NCBI GenBank assembly: GCA_964576265.1
Contig: CAZNVB010000270.1
Span: forward strand, 4,088-68,087
Origin: an uncultured Eubacteriales bacterium
GTDB taxonomy: Bacteria > Acidobacteriota > Aminicenantia > Aminicenantales > UBA8522
DNA length: 64,000 nucleotides
Direction of reading: 5' to 3'
The notes below the pieces were generated by a model. It saw only the letters and a list, made by a program, of their open reading frames with translations. It had not been told where the DNA came from and ran no database searches. Shown in pieces: positions 1 to 10,225 of the stretch. Both the position numbers and the translations under genes were made by a program. The stretch's first letter is position 1, and each line of letters begins with the position of its first letter.

Positions 1-1
1 T

Positions 2-487
2 TTCATCCTCATCGGCATCGTCTTGATTTCGGCCTCCGGCTCGACGCCGGATAGCAAAAAATCGGGGCTGTGGCTGAAATGGCTTCTCTTCCTGGCGGCG
101 GCGTTCTTCCTGACCGGGATTCCCCAGCTGTCGCAAGCGGCGGCCGTCCGGCTGAGCGCCATCAACCTCTGGTTTTATCTCTTCCTGACCTTTCTCTCCG
201 GTGCGCTCGCCTTCCTGATCTTTTTCGCGATGAAAAAGATCCGGCTGGCCGGAAATGTTTTTTCTTTCGGGGCGCTGGCGGCAGCCGGAAGCGTTGCCGG
301 AAACTTCTTCACCCTCAAAGCCCTGACCAGGCTGCCCGAGACCATCGTCTTCCCCGTCAGCCTTTCCGCTCCCGTGATCGGCGCCGTGCTCATTTCGCTC
401 CTTCTTTTCCGGGAGAAAATCAAACCGCTGGGTTATCTCGGCATTGCGGTCGGCTTGGCCGGCATCATTTTGCTGTCACTGAAATGA
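2..487 (+). CDS. DMT/EamA-like membrane transporter, C-terminal part (5' truncated by window edge)
   Basis: The frame is open from position 2. The product is hydrophobic with multiple TM helices, and the GxxAAxxxxxxN..L.LL pattern is typical of the second EamA half. Confidence 0.5.
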   Translation, partial: FILIGIVLISASGSTPDSKKSGLWLKWLLFLAAAFFLTGIPQLSQAAAVRLSAINLWFYLFLTFLSGALAFLIFFAMKKIRLAGNVFSFGALAAAGSVAGNFFTLKALTRLPETIVFPVSLSAPVIGAVLISLLLFREKIKPLGYLGIAVGLAGIILLSLK

Positions 488-500
488 GATTCGCCGCACG

Positions 501-1676
501 ATGAAAGCCGTGGATTTCGACCTTTCCGAGCGCGGCGCTTTCAGCCTATTGACCTGGAGTGTCGACCCGAACCACGACAGCCTCTGGGCTGTCCATTCAG
601 CTAGCGACGGCCGGATCTACTTCTCGAGCTGCAGCGAAGGCCGGGCCTCGAGCGCCCATCTGCTCCGCTTCGATCCAGAGGAGAAACGTCTCTGGGATCT
701 CCTCGATATCGGCGAGCTGGCCGACGACCCCGCCGACTCCGGCCGGGTCCCCCAGAGCAAGATCCACACCTGCCTTCGGGAAACGGGAGACGGTTTTCTC
801 TACGGCGTCAGCCACGCCACGGCCCCGTGCTTCGGGCAGAAGCTCTTCGAGGTGAACGGAACGTTCGGCGACCCGATTTACGGGTTTCGCGGAGCGCAGA
901 TGTTCCGGGTCAAGCTGGCCACCGGCCGAGCCGAATACGTCGGCCTGGCCGTCCCCCACGAAGGCTGCCGTTCGATGGAGATTGTTGAGCGCCTTAACAG
1001 GGCCTATCTTGTCAGCTATCCGCGGCATTGCCTTTACGAATACGACCTTTCTTCCCGTCAGTCACGGCTTGTGGGCCGGATCGGAACCTGGGGCGGGTTC
1101 GAAATTTTCGCCGACGCGGAGGGGCTGATCTACGGCTCCTACGATGACGGCCGCTTCTTCCGCTATTCGCCCGACAAGGACGAATTTGAAGACCTCACGC
1201 TCCGCGTCCCGGGAATTCCGGGCCGGGAACGCCTCTACAATTTCTTTTTCAACGCCAAGAAATTCCGGGACGATTTCATCTGCGCCACGGGTTACTACGA
1301 CGGCCATATTTTCCGGATTAACCCCCGGGCCGGTGTCGAGCCGGCGATCGAGGACTACGGCTTCGGCTGGCCGGGCGGATGGAACGGCCGCGACTGGACG
1401 CCGCCCTATGCCCAGGCCCCGGTTCTCTACCGAGATCGCTGGCTTTTTTACGGCTGCAACACGATTTGGGAACCCACGAACCTCGTCGTGTTGGATACCG
1501 AAAGCGGTCGGCGGGAAATCGTCGCCCTTCTCGACTTCGAGGACAACCCCACGGCCTGGCTGGCGGAGGGAACGCTCGGAGCGGACGGCCGAACGCTTTA
1601 TTTCGCCGAGGTCAACATGAAAGCCGTTCCCCGGCTTCTCCTGGTCGACCTTGAATCGCTCGACTGGAGGAGATGA
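501..1676 (+). CDS. beta-propeller repeat protein (hypothetical), no signal peptide
   Basis: 391-aa ORF with repeated blades of the form G..Y(G)....G..F(R)Y.P....(E)DL. It is the tandem paralog of the next gene. Confidence 0.45.
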   Translation: MKAVDFDLSERGAFSLLTWSVDPNHDSLWAVHSASDGRIYFSSCSEGRASSAHLLRFDPEEKRLWDLLDIGELADDPADSGRVPQSKIHTCLRETGDGFLYGVSHATAPCFGQKLFEVNGTFGDPIYGFRGAQMFRVKLATGRAEYVGLAVPHEGCRSMEIVERLNRAYLVSYPRHCLYEYDLSSRQSRLVGRIGTWGGFEIFADAEGLIYGSYDDGRFFRYSPDKDEFEDLTLRVPGIPGRERLYNFFFNAKKFRDDFICATGYYDGHIFRINPRAGVEPAIEDYGFGWPGGWNGRDWTPPYAQAPVLYRDRWLFYGCNTIWEPTNLVVLDTESGRREIVALLDFEDNPTAWLAEGTLGADGRTLYFAEVNMKAVPRLLLVDLESLDWRR

Positions 1677-2855
1677 ATGACGGATAAGGAAGCGAAACGC
1701 GCTCAGAGCGGAAACGGGCCTTCGCCCGATTCAAATTACCATCTCAAAGAGTCGGAAATCATGGCCGGCACGGCGGATTTTCGCGATGGAGCCTTCGCCT
1801 TTATCACCGAGGGAACAGTGGCGCTCCGCGAACTCGGCCATTATGGAGTCACGCCGCCCATCCCGAACGGAGAATCGGCGATTACCGCGCTTGTCACTGG
1901 AGAAAAGCGGAAAAAAATCTATGGCGCGACCTCGGGGAAAAAATCTCACCTTTTCTATTACGATCCGAGCCCGGCAGCCGATCATGTCGTCGACATCGGC
2001 GTCCTGGGAGAGGAAGCCGAATGCCGGTTGCTGATGAGAGATCAGCGAGGAATCCTCTGGGGAATCGTCAACCCCGGAGGCCGGATTTTTCGCTATTCTC
2101 CGGAGGGCGAATTTTCCGTCCTCTGGAAATACCAGGTCAACCCCATCGAATTCCCCGGCCTTTCCCTGAACGAAAGTGTGGCCAGCGCCGTGCTTGATCC
2201 CCGGGTCGGGAAGATTTTCGCTCTCACCAGGAAAACATCCGCCCTCGTCGAGATCGATCTCGAAAACCGAACCGGCCGAAAAATTCTGGAAATCGAGGGC
2301 GCCGGAAAAGCCAACGCCATGGCTCTCGACAGCCGGGGAAACCTCATCGGGTCGGCGAAGAACGGCCATCTTTTCCGCTATTCGATCGCCAATAACGCCG
2401 TCGAAATGCTCGACCTCCAGCTCCCGTCCCCGAAGGGAATGGAGTTTCTGAACGCTCTTGATTCCGCGGTCTTTGACGGCGAAAAAACAGTCTACGGCGG
2501 GACGGTGCTGGGAACGATTTTCCGTCTGGACACGGAGACTCTTGAGCTTATCGGCTGCGGCCGGCCGATCTCCGATCATCGCATCAGAGCCCTGGTCTTG
2601 GGGAAAGACGGAGTGCTCTACGGCGCCGCCGGAAGCCCGGGAAAAAATTCCCATCTTTTCCGCTGGAATCCCCGGACCGGAGAAGTCAAGGACCTGGGCC
2701 TGCCGATGGTCCATTTCCCCAAGAACTGGGTGTGCTATGACATCAGCGCTCTAGCCGTCGGACCGAACGGCGAAATCTACATCGGCGAATCCGAACGCGT
2801 CTCTTATCTTCTGATCTACTACCCTCCAGTTTCCAATAGAAAGCCACGCGTTTAA
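1677..2855 (+). CDS. beta-propeller repeat protein (hypothetical), paralog of upstream gene
   Basis: 392 aa with about 7 repeats of GxxSHLF(R)Y.P..GE...LG. The start codon abuts the stop of the previous gene (TGAATG). Confidence 0.45.
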   Translation: MTDKEAKRAQSGNGPSPDSNYHLKESEIMAGTADFRDGAFAFITEGTVALRELGHYGVTPPIPNGESAITALVTGEKRKKIYGATSGKKSHLFYYDPSPAADHVVDIGVLGEEAECRLLMRDQRGILWGIVNPGGRIFRYSPEGEFSVLWKYQVNPIEFPGLSLNESVASAVLDPRVGKIFALTRKTSALVEIDLENRTGRKILEIEGAGKANAMALDSRGNLIGSAKNGHLFRYSIANNAVEMLDLQLPSPKGMEFLNALDSAVFDGEKTVYGGTVLGTIFRLDTETLELIGCGRPISDHRIRALVLGKDGVLYGAAGSPGKNSHLFRWNPRTGEVKDLGLPMVHFPKNWVCYDISALAVGPNGEIYIGESERVSYLLIYYPPVSNRKPRV

Positions 2856-3045
2856 AAACTCTCGGTCCGATCTTAAGCCTCGGCCAGCCGGTTCCCTCGG
2901 CGGGGGAGAGCCCTTTTGAATCCGGAATATCGAATAAATCGCGGAAAAAGGATCGGCGCTCGGCGAAAGGCAGGCCGGCATCGACATACCCTGAAACGAG
3001 GAGCGTGGTGGCGGTTATGCCCTGGTCAATCTAAAATTTCCAAGC

Positions 3046-4512
3046 TCAAAGGGACAACTGGCCGGAGGTCGAGAAAGCGAGGAGCGAGCGAAAGGCGGCC
3101 AGGATGCGGTCGGCGGCGTCCTTGCTGAGGCAACTCGCCGATCCTGTCCGGGTCTCATAGCCACCGCGCCCGAAATTCTCCCAAAGAGGAATGTAGCCGA
3201 AATAGCCGTTGGCCAGGGCAACGGGAAAGACAAGCTTGAATTGCGGGCTCGCCTTGAGCTCGAGGCCGATTTCGACAAAGGGCTCGCCGGGGATAGCGGC
3301 AAAAGCCACCTTCCCCAGTCTGGCGGCTTGAAGCGGAACCTCGTAAGTTTCCGGCCTCGTCTCGGCGAACCGAATGAGATCCCGGGCGAAAAGACGCTCG
3401 ACGACCGGATCTCCCCTCGCCAAGTCCTCGGCCGTCAAAGAACTTCCTTTTTCTTTTTGTTCCGGCTCCGATTGAGACAGAATTCTCCTCGCGTTCTCCA
3501 TTTCTTCCGCAGGGATTTCCCGCGGGGGGATGCGGAGGAGAATTTCCCTTGCTTCGAGATTGCCTTGATTGCCGGGATTCTCTGCCAAGGAGACCGGCTC
3601 GAGGTCGCCCAGGGATTTCGCCACAATCTCGGCATAAGCGCGGCCGAGCCGTTCGGCTTCTTGATAGTCCGACTGCAGCCGCTCGTCTTCGAACTCGAGG
3701 TGATTGATGTTTCCCTGGGGAGCAAGAAAAAGAAAAACGGGAATGTTTGTCCCCAGCCACTCATTCAGCCGCCTTTCCATAACGCCAGGCCAGTCGGCCG
3801 AAATCATGTTCCCGCCGATCGCATCGGTGTGGTTGGAGATGTTGACGAAAACAGCCTGGAATCTCCCCTGTCCGTCCTTGAAGACGATCGTATTCACCTC
3901 CCGGTCGACCGCCCCTTCCGGCCTCAGCCTCTGGGGCGATTTCTTCGGCGGGTTCGTGACGACGCGGCCGTCTTTCATCACCCAGCGCCGGTTGAAGGCC
4001 AGCCCTTCGTAGATCGCTCGGGCCATCGAAATCGAAACGGGCTGATGAGGCCTCAGCCTGACGGCGGTTTCGACCACCGTCTTCTTCAGTTCGCCGAGAT
4101 ATTTCTCCTCTCTGGGCAAGCCGAAAAACCCCACCAGGTCGGGCCCGGTATGAATATGAGAGGTAAAGAGCATGATCTCGTGCTTCTGATATTCGCTCCG
4201 CCGGGCGATCTCGCGGCGAATGTCCTCGGCGTCTTTGCTCGGGACGGCGCAGTTGTCGAGCTGAAGGAAAAGAAAACGGCTTTCCCCGTCGGACAGGGCG
4301 GCGAGCCTCAGGTAGAGTCGGTCGAGAACGCCCGTAGAAATGCGCTCGTTGAAGTATCCGCCCAGCCGCACGGGATAGGACGGAGTGACATCGACCTTAT
4401 CCAACCCGATCCACAGAAAACCTTCAGACATCGTGTTGCTATTATAGAACAAATTCTTCTCCAATTCGAACATCTTTGCTCGGAGGGGCCGTTGGGTATA
4501 CCTCCTAAGCAT
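3046..4512 (-). CDS. neutral/alkaline (non-lysosomal) ceramidase-like hydrolase
   Basis: The N-terminal FLWIGLDKVDVTP...RLGGY and the SHIHTGPD motif resemble the neutral ceramidase N-domain. The start is uncertain: M1, M14 and M28 are all possible. Confidence 0.45.
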   Translation of the reverse strand: MLRRYTQRPLRAKMFELEKNLFYNSNTMSEGFLWIGLDKVDVTPSYPVRLGGYFNERISTGVLDRLYLRLAALSDGESRFLFLQLDNCAVPSKDAEDIRREIARRSEYQKHEIMLFTSHIHTGPDLVGFFGLPREEKYLGELKKTVVETAVRLRPHQPVSISMARAIYEGLAFNRRWVMKDGRVVTNPPKKSPQRLRPEGAVDREVNTIVFKDGQGRFQAVFVNISNHTDAIGGNMISADWPGVMERRLNEWLGTNIPVFLFLAPQGNINHLEFEDERLQSDYQEAERLGRAYAEIVAKSLGDLEPVSLAENPGNQGNLEAREILLRIPPREIPAEEMENARRILSQSEPEQKEKGSSLTAEDLARGDPVVERLFARDLIRFAETRPETYEVPLQAARLGKVAFAAIPGEPFVEIGLELKASPQFKLVFPVALANGYFGYIPLWENFGRGGYETRTGSASCLSKDAADRILAAFRSLLAFSTSGQLSL

Positions 4513-4689
4513 GACTCGAAGAAGTCCAAGGCATGGATGGCCTCTCTGAGAGAAGACAACATTCCCGCCCCCGGTTTGGCGGGCCGATGATCTTTTTCAT
4601 TGACAAAAACGTCCGGCTGGTCATAATTTTGGAATTCCGGAGCGGATCGGGCTTCAGAGCATAAAAAGGTAGGAACGGAGAACGCAGCC

Positions 4690-6183
4690 ATGACCAACTT
4701 TTTCTGGCCCATCGACGGCAGCATTATCGGGCTCTACCTCCTGGCGACCATGATTGCGGGCATCATGGTCCGCAAGTATGTCGGCAAGGTGGAGCATTTC
4801 CTGGTGGCCGGCCGGGAGATGAACGTCTATCTCGGGATCGCCTCGCTCGCCGCCACCGAGTTCGGTATCGTGACCTGCATGTACACAGCTCAAAACGGCT
4901 ATCGCTACGGGTTTTCCGGCGCGACGCCGGGACTCCTCCAGGCCTTGGCCATGTTCCTTGTCGGAATGACCGGGTTCTGCATCAAGCCGCTCAGGGATTC
5001 CGGCGTGCTGACCATCCCGGAGCTCTTCGAGAAAAAATTCGGCCCCAAGATCCGCTGGGCCGCCGGCGTCGTTATTGTACTCGGCGGGCTCCTTAACATG
5101 GGCGTATTCTTGCGTACGGGAGGCGAGTTCCTCGTCCAGGTCACGGGCTTGAACATCAAGTACCTCGAGATCACGATGACGGCGCTCCTGCTCATGGTCG
5201 CCATCTACACCATCCTGGGCGGAATGCTGTCGGTTTTAGTGACCGACTTCCTCCAGTTCGTCGTCATGAGCCTGGGCCTGCTCACGGTGACCCTCCTCAT
5301 CCTGGCCAAGGTCGGCCTGGGCACGATCATCCGGGCCGTCGAATCTCATTACGGAGCGGGTGGGTTCAATCCCTTCGTCAATCCCGAAATGGGCTGGCAG
5401 TTCGTCCTCTTCAACGCCTTCCTCAACCTGGCCGCTGTCCTGACCTGGCAGACGACGATCGTTCGGGTCCTTTCAGCCAAGGACACGAAAACAGGCCTCA
5501 GGGTCTATAACGGGACGGCTTTCTTTTTCGTCTGCCGCTTCCTCATCCCGGGAATCTGGGGAATGGCCGCCCTGGCCACTTTAACCGCCGCCCAGATCGG
5601 ACCGAACACTCTTCATGCCATGCCTATCCTGCTGCGCTCGGTCGTGCCGGCGGGGATGATGGGACTCCTCGTGGCGGCGATGCTGGCCGCCGACATGTCC
5701 ACGGATTCGTCCTACATGATCACCTGGGGAGGCGTCATCTACAACGACATCATGGCGCCTTTCCGCAAGACCCGGTGGTCGGAGAAAAAGGGGCTGCTCT
5801 GGAACCGGATGATCATCGCTCTGATCGGAGTTTTCCTGCTGTTCTACGGTCTCTGGTATCCGCTCAAGGGCGACTTGTGGACCTATCTCGGGGTCACGGG
5901 AACGATCTACCTCTCGAGCATGTCGGTGCTCCTCATCGCCTGCAGCTACTGGAAGCGGGCCAACAGCTGGGGAGCCGCGGCGGCCATCATTTTCGGCGCC
6001 CTCATACCGGTGAGTTTCCTGGTCCTCGAGCAGATCCAGGCGACAGCCGGGTTGGCCAAGAAAATCGGCCCCTACTACTCCGGCATCGCCACCTATCTCA
6101 TTGTCGGACTGGCCATGGTCATCGGCTCGCTTCTCAAGCCGAAGCCTGGCCGACTGGTGACCGAAGGAGGTTCCCGTGTTTAG
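4690..6183 (+). CDS. sodium:solute symporter family (SSF/SLC5) transporter
   Basis: 497 aa with about 13 TM helices and typical SSS N-terminal motifs (GREMNVYLGIASLAATEFG). Confidence 0.75.
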   Translation: MTNFFWPIDGSIIGLYLLATMIAGIMVRKYVGKVEHFLVAGREMNVYLGIASLAATEFGIVTCMYTAQNGYRYGFSGATPGLLQALAMFLVGMTGFCIKPLRDSGVLTIPELFEKKFGPKIRWAAGVVIVLGGLLNMGVFLRTGGEFLVQVTGLNIKYLEITMTALLLMVAIYTILGGMLSVLVTDFLQFVVMSLGLLTVTLLILAKVGLGTIIRAVESHYGAGGFNPFVNPEMGWQFVLFNAFLNLAAVLTWQTTIVRVLSAKDTKTGLRVYNGTAFFFVCRFLIPGIWGMAALATLTAAQIGPNTLHAMPILLRSVVPAGMMGLLVAAMLAADMSTDSSYMITWGGVIYNDIMAPFRKTRWSEKKGLLWNRMIIALIGVFLLFYGLWYPLKGDLWTYLGVTGTIYLSSMSVLLIACSYWKRANSWGAAAAIIFGALIPVSFLVLEQIQATAGLAKKIGPYYSGIATYLIVGLAMVIGSLLKPKPGRLVTEGGSRV

Positions 6184-6328
6184 CCACGCCTTCTGGATCG
6201 TGATCACGGCGGCAGTCATTCTATGGTATTCGACCATAACAGTTTACGTCGCCATCCGGGGGATCAAGGATATCAAAGGGATGCTTATCCGCCTGGGCAA
6301 GCAGAGGGACGCCAAAAAAACGGGATGA
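6176..6328 (+). CDS. small (50 aa) single-pass membrane protein, possible SSS-transporter accessory subunit
   Basis: A GTG start overlaps the SSS stop codon and its TGA overlaps the ATG of the next gene (ATGA). It has a hydrophobic core (FWIVITAAVILWYSTITVYVAI) followed by a basic tail. It is below the ORF-track size cutoff. Confidence 0.45.
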   Translation: MFSHAFWIVITAAVILWYSTITVYVAIRGIKDIKGMLIRLGKQRDAKKTG

Positions 6329-7149
6329 CAAGCAGCGAAGATATCCGATCGCTCCCGGCGATCGACATTCACGGCCACATCGGCGCCTATAAAGGCTCGG
6401 CCCTCGAGCTCATCGACCAGTTTTACTCGGGCGGCCCGGAGAAAGTCCTCGAGCGCGCCTCTTTGGCCAATATCGAGTTCACCTTCATCTCTCATCTCGG
6501 AGCGATTTTCACCCACTTCGGCGGGGATCCCTTGGCGGCAAACAAAGAATTGGCGAATGTTGTGCCGCGTTTTCCCGGACTCTTCTATTGGGCGGTCATC
6601 GAGCCGCGGCAGGAGGAAACCTTCGCCCAGGCTGAGGACCTGCTGAGGACGCCACGCTGCGTCGGCCTCAAGATCCATCCGGAGATGCACCGATACTTGA
6701 TCAAAGAACACGGGGCGAAAATCTTCGCCTTCGCCGCAAGTCAGGGCGCCGTCGTTCTCACCCACAGCGGAGAGGATTTGAGTCTTCCGTCGGACTTTCT
6801 TCCCTTCGCCGACGCCTTCCCCGAGGTCAAGCTCATCCTCGCTCATATCGGCTGGAGCCGCGACGGGGATATGACGCGCCAGGTCCGGGCTGTCAAGATG
6901 AGTAAACACGGCAACATCTTTGCCGACACCTCGAGCTCGATGTCCGTCACCAGCAACTTGATCGAATGGGCGGTTGGAGAAATCGGGCCGGAGAGGATCC
7001 TGTTCGGCACGGATACGCCCCTCTACTTCGCGCCCATGCAAAGGGCGCGGATCGATAGCGCCGAAATCAGCGACGAAGCAAAGATCATGATCCTGCGGCG
7101 GAACGCCGAGCGGCTTTTCGCCGCTAAACTCAAAACCGCCATGAAGTAA
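6325..7149 (+). CDS. amidohydrolase_2 family metal-dependent hydrolase (TIM barrel)
   Basis: Motifs DIHGHIG, VVLTHSGE, ILAHIGWS and FGTDTPL are present. The start was chosen at the ATG that overlaps the small-protein stop rather than the track start at 6223. Confidence 0.65.
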   Translation: MTSSEDIRSLPAIDIHGHIGAYKGSALELIDQFYSGGPEKVLERASLANIEFTFISHLGAIFTHFGGDPLAANKELANVVPRFPGLFYWAVIEPRQEETFAQAEDLLRTPRCVGLKIHPEMHRYLIKEHGAKIFAFAASQGAVVLTHSGEDLSLPSDFLPFADAFPEVKLILAHIGWSRDGDMTRQVRAVKMSKHGNIFADTSSSMSVTSNLIEWAVGEIGPERILFGTDTPLYFAPMQRARIDSAEISDEAKIMILRRNAERLFAAKLKTAMK

Positions 7150-7224
7150 GCCTCGGAATCCGAGCCGGCGCTTTTGCCGCCGGGTTCTTCAAAATGGAAT
7201 CTCGCATCAGCTTCCGGCCGCGTT

Positions 7225-8079
7225 TCAGAGCCTGAGGATGGCATCCATGGCGCGCGAGGTATTCTCGATGAGAACCTCCGGCGAGTGCTTGTAGATGGGA
7301 ATCATCTCCGCGGTAAGCGGACCGTGATAGCCGACCTCGCGGAGAGCCTTCATCACCTCGGGCCAATTGGCGTCCCCCGAGAGAAGGTCGACGAACCCAT
7401 CCGCAGTGCCGACCGAGCGGCGGAAATCTTTGAGGTGGACGCGCTTGATGCGCTTTCCGAGAATCCGGATCCACTGCTCCGGATAGCCGACCAGCATCGA
7501 ATTCCCGACGTCGAAATAGGAGCCGACCCAGTCGGAGTTGAACTGATCGACGAAAGCCCGCATGGCAAAGGGGTCGACCAGGAACTTGTTCCAGACATTC
7601 TCGATCCCGATGGCCACTTTAGCAGCCTCGGCCTGGGAAAGGAGCAGGAAAACGGAATCGGTCGCCCTCTTATAGACCGTATCATAATTGACGACCGCAG
7701 CCGAGGGGTCGAAAAAGACATCCACCGCGCCGGGGATGAGGAGGACGGCGCCTGCTTCAAGCCAGGCGGCCGTTTCGATAAGCTTCCTGGCGATATCCAG
7801 GGCCTCGGCCCGGACTCCGGGGTCATCAGAGGAAAGCGGTTTTCCCCAGAAGAGCCCCGTGGCCAGAGAGGAGATGCGAATTCCCGCGTCGGCCGCGGCT
7901 CTGACGATGCTCTTCGCCTCTTTTTCGGTTGTCGAAAGACAGAGTTCGCCGCCGCCGGAGAGAGCGAGCTCCACGGCCTCAAACCCGGCCTTTCTTGCCC
8001 GGACGAAAACCTCGGCCAGCGGCGCGCTTCCCTCAAGCCCGCCCGGAAAAGACCAGTAGCTGATGCTCTTCAAAAACAT
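7225..8079 (-). CDS. sugar phosphate isomerase/epimerase (xylose isomerase-like TIM barrel) family protein
   Basis: 284 aa with AGFEAVEL...W.E...L.I.G and an overall AP-endonuclease-2/xylose-isomerase-like pattern. Confidence 0.6.
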   Translation of the reverse strand: MFLKSISYWSFPGGLEGSAPLAEVFVRARKAGFEAVELALSGGGELCLSTTEKEAKSIVRAAADAGIRISSLATGLFWGKPLSSDDPGVRAEALDIARKLIETAAWLEAGAVLLIPGAVDVFFDPSAAVVNYDTVYKRATDSVFLLLSQAEAAKVAIGIENVWNKFLVDPFAMRAFVDQFNSDWVGSYFDVGNSMLVGYPEQWIRILGKRIKRVHLKDFRRSVGTADGFVDLLSGDANWPEVMKALREVGYHGPLTAEMIPIYKHSPEVLIENTSRAMDAILRL

Positions 8080-8175
8080 CTCTTACCTCCTGACTTCGAC
8101 GAAGCGTTTTTTGCTTCCCATTTTTCTCATCGCCCCTGCATCTAATAGAAGAGATGATTTCGAGGCGAAGAACGA

Positions 8176-9204
8176 TTATTTAAATTTTACGGTTTTCCCC
8201 GTCTGGACCGATTCCCTGACAGCCAGGCTGAAACGAACGGCTTCCCGGGCGTCCTCCGGGGTGACGACCTCGGGGGCTTTGCCGGCCTCGAGACAGTCAA
8301 GGAAATACTTGATCTCGTTGTAGTATCCGCCGAGCGAGGCGATATTTCCCTGGGGCTCGGTAGAGATGCCGATTTTTGGAGCGGGAAGCGGCGGAGCGAA
8401 CGTCTCCCCTTCCATCGGATAGACGACGAGCGACGGCGAGGCTCCGCTGTCGAAGCGGATGGTCGCTTTTTCGCAGGCGACGAGAAGAGACATATTGAAG
8501 GGAAACCCCGGGGCGAGAACCAGAGATCCTTCGGCAAAGCTCCTGGCTCCGGAAGGATGTCCCCAGGCGAGCGTCAGAATCGAATCGACGCCGCCCTGGG
8601 GTCCGGGAGTACCGCAGGCCTGGATGTTCTTCGGCGGTCCGACGAGCCAGGCGATATAATCGAGATCGTGGATATGAAGGTCAAGGACCGCTCCCCCGCT
8701 TTTCACCGGGTCGAGGAGCCATCCTTTCCAGGACCAGGTGGGCGGCGGACTCAGCCGACGGGCACTCAGCCATTCCACCCGGCCGAATTTCCCTGAATCC
8801 ACGAGGTCTTTGATCGCCCGGTACTCGGGCCAGAAACGGATGACGTGGGCGACCATCATCTTGACCCCGGCCTGGCGCATGGCTTTGATCATCCGGTCGC
8901 AGGATTCCAACGTCAGCGACATGGGTTTTTCGCACAGGATATGCTTCCCCGCCTCGGCCGCGGCGATGACCATTTCCTCGTGAAGATCGGTGGAGACACA
9001 AATGTCGACCATGTCGATGTCGGCCGAAACAAGCATCTCCGCCAGACTTCCGTACGCAGGGCAGCGGAGTTTCTCTTCGGCCTCCCTGCGCCTCTCCGGC
9101 TCGACATCCGCCAGGGCAACAATCCTGGCCTGGCCGGTGGCCTGATGACATTGGGCGTGCATATGCCCCATAAAACCATAACCGACCAATCCGACGTTGA
9201 TCAT
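8176..9204 (-). CDS. Gfo/Idh/MocA family NAD(P)-dependent oxidoreductase
   Basis: N-terminal Rossmann motif MINVGLVGYGFMGHMHAQ and an EKP motif (ILCEKPMS). Confidence 0.75.
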   Translation of the reverse strand: MINVGLVGYGFMGHMHAQCHQATGQARIVALADVEPERRREAEEKLRCPAYGSLAEMLVSADIDMVDICVSTDLHEEMVIAAAEAGKHILCEKPMSLTLESCDRMIKAMRQAGVKMMVAHVIRFWPEYRAIKDLVDSGKFGRVEWLSARRLSPPPTWSWKGWLLDPVKSGGAVLDLHIHDLDYIAWLVGPPKNIQACGTPGPQGGVDSILTLAWGHPSGARSFAEGSLVLAPGFPFNMSLLVACEKATIRFDSGASPSLVVYPMEGETFAPPLPAPKIGISTEPQGNIASLGGYYNEIKYFLDCLEAGKAPEVVTPEDAREAVRFSLAVRESVQTGKTVKFK

Positions 9205-9333
9205 TCATGGACTCCTTTCTCGATCAGGTTCGTCGATCGTCTCTTCGTTTTGTCATGTTCGCCGGTCAAGAAAAATGCCATCCCCTTGTCGCGCGGCGAT
9301 TGATAAAAGCTATTTCATCCATAGAATTCGGGA

Positions 9334-10147
9334 CTATCGGGAAAAAATGAGCCGGCCGTAATGTTCAGGCGAATGATTGCCCTTCGGCTCGGGCAGGAAA
9401 AAGAGGTTGCGCCGCGGCGGAACCGTCTTGCCGTCGATGCGGTAGAGGTTGAACCTCCAGACTGTTCCCTCCTTTGGCTTCTCCTTCATCCCGAGGTAAC
9501 GAAAAGTCGAAAACGGGATACTCATCTCGATCACCCACCAGCAATCCTCATCCGTTTCCAGGTTGATCGTTCCCTCGTGCTGGCGCCCGATCTGGAGTCC
9601 GGGTGGCGACCAGAGGTAATGGCCGGGTTTTGGAGTATAGCGGGAGGAGATCGTCAGGGGTATTTTCTCGACTTCGGGATCGGGCGCGGCGAGATGAATC
9701 TCGGAGAGAAACGTTCCCAGGGCGTTAATTTCGATATTCGTGTAGATCTGGGGCGAGTCGGCGAACGGCGAGAGAAAGGCCTCGACGCAATCGTCATTGA
9801 ACACGTCCTCATAGCGCTTGGTCCTCGTGGCGACGATATTCTTGTCGGTTGTCCTGAAAACAATGTAGAGATTCTCATCATCCCAGAGCATCTTCGCTTC
9901 CGTGGCCTCTCCCTGTTCGGGCTCATGGGTCGGATAGACGAGGAACGGCCCGACGGGCCCGACCCTGGACCAGTCCGGTTCGTCGATATTCCCATCGACC
10001 CAGATTTTGCCCCTGGCCCGATGCACGGTGACCGATCGAAGCTCGGACTCCTGGGTCTCGGGAATGACCTGCAGAACTGTCAAAAAGAAAAAAACTAACC
10101 CGATGAAGAATGAAATCCCGCCCTTCGTCTTGTTCATCAATCCCTCC
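9334..10147 (-). CDS. secreted carbohydrate-binding family 9 (CBM9)-like / DOMON-like protein
   Basis: Start reassigned to MNKTKGG, which has a GGAGG RBS upstream. It has a signal-peptide-like N-terminus and WDDENLYIVF / RFNLYR motifs typical of CBM9-like modules. Confidence 0.45.
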
Positions 10148-10225
10148 TCTTCTGGATGAGACGATCTCGATCCGTTCGCTCTCCCGCCATGACCTGAAAA
10201 CACCGTTTCTCGCCGGTCAGGATCA

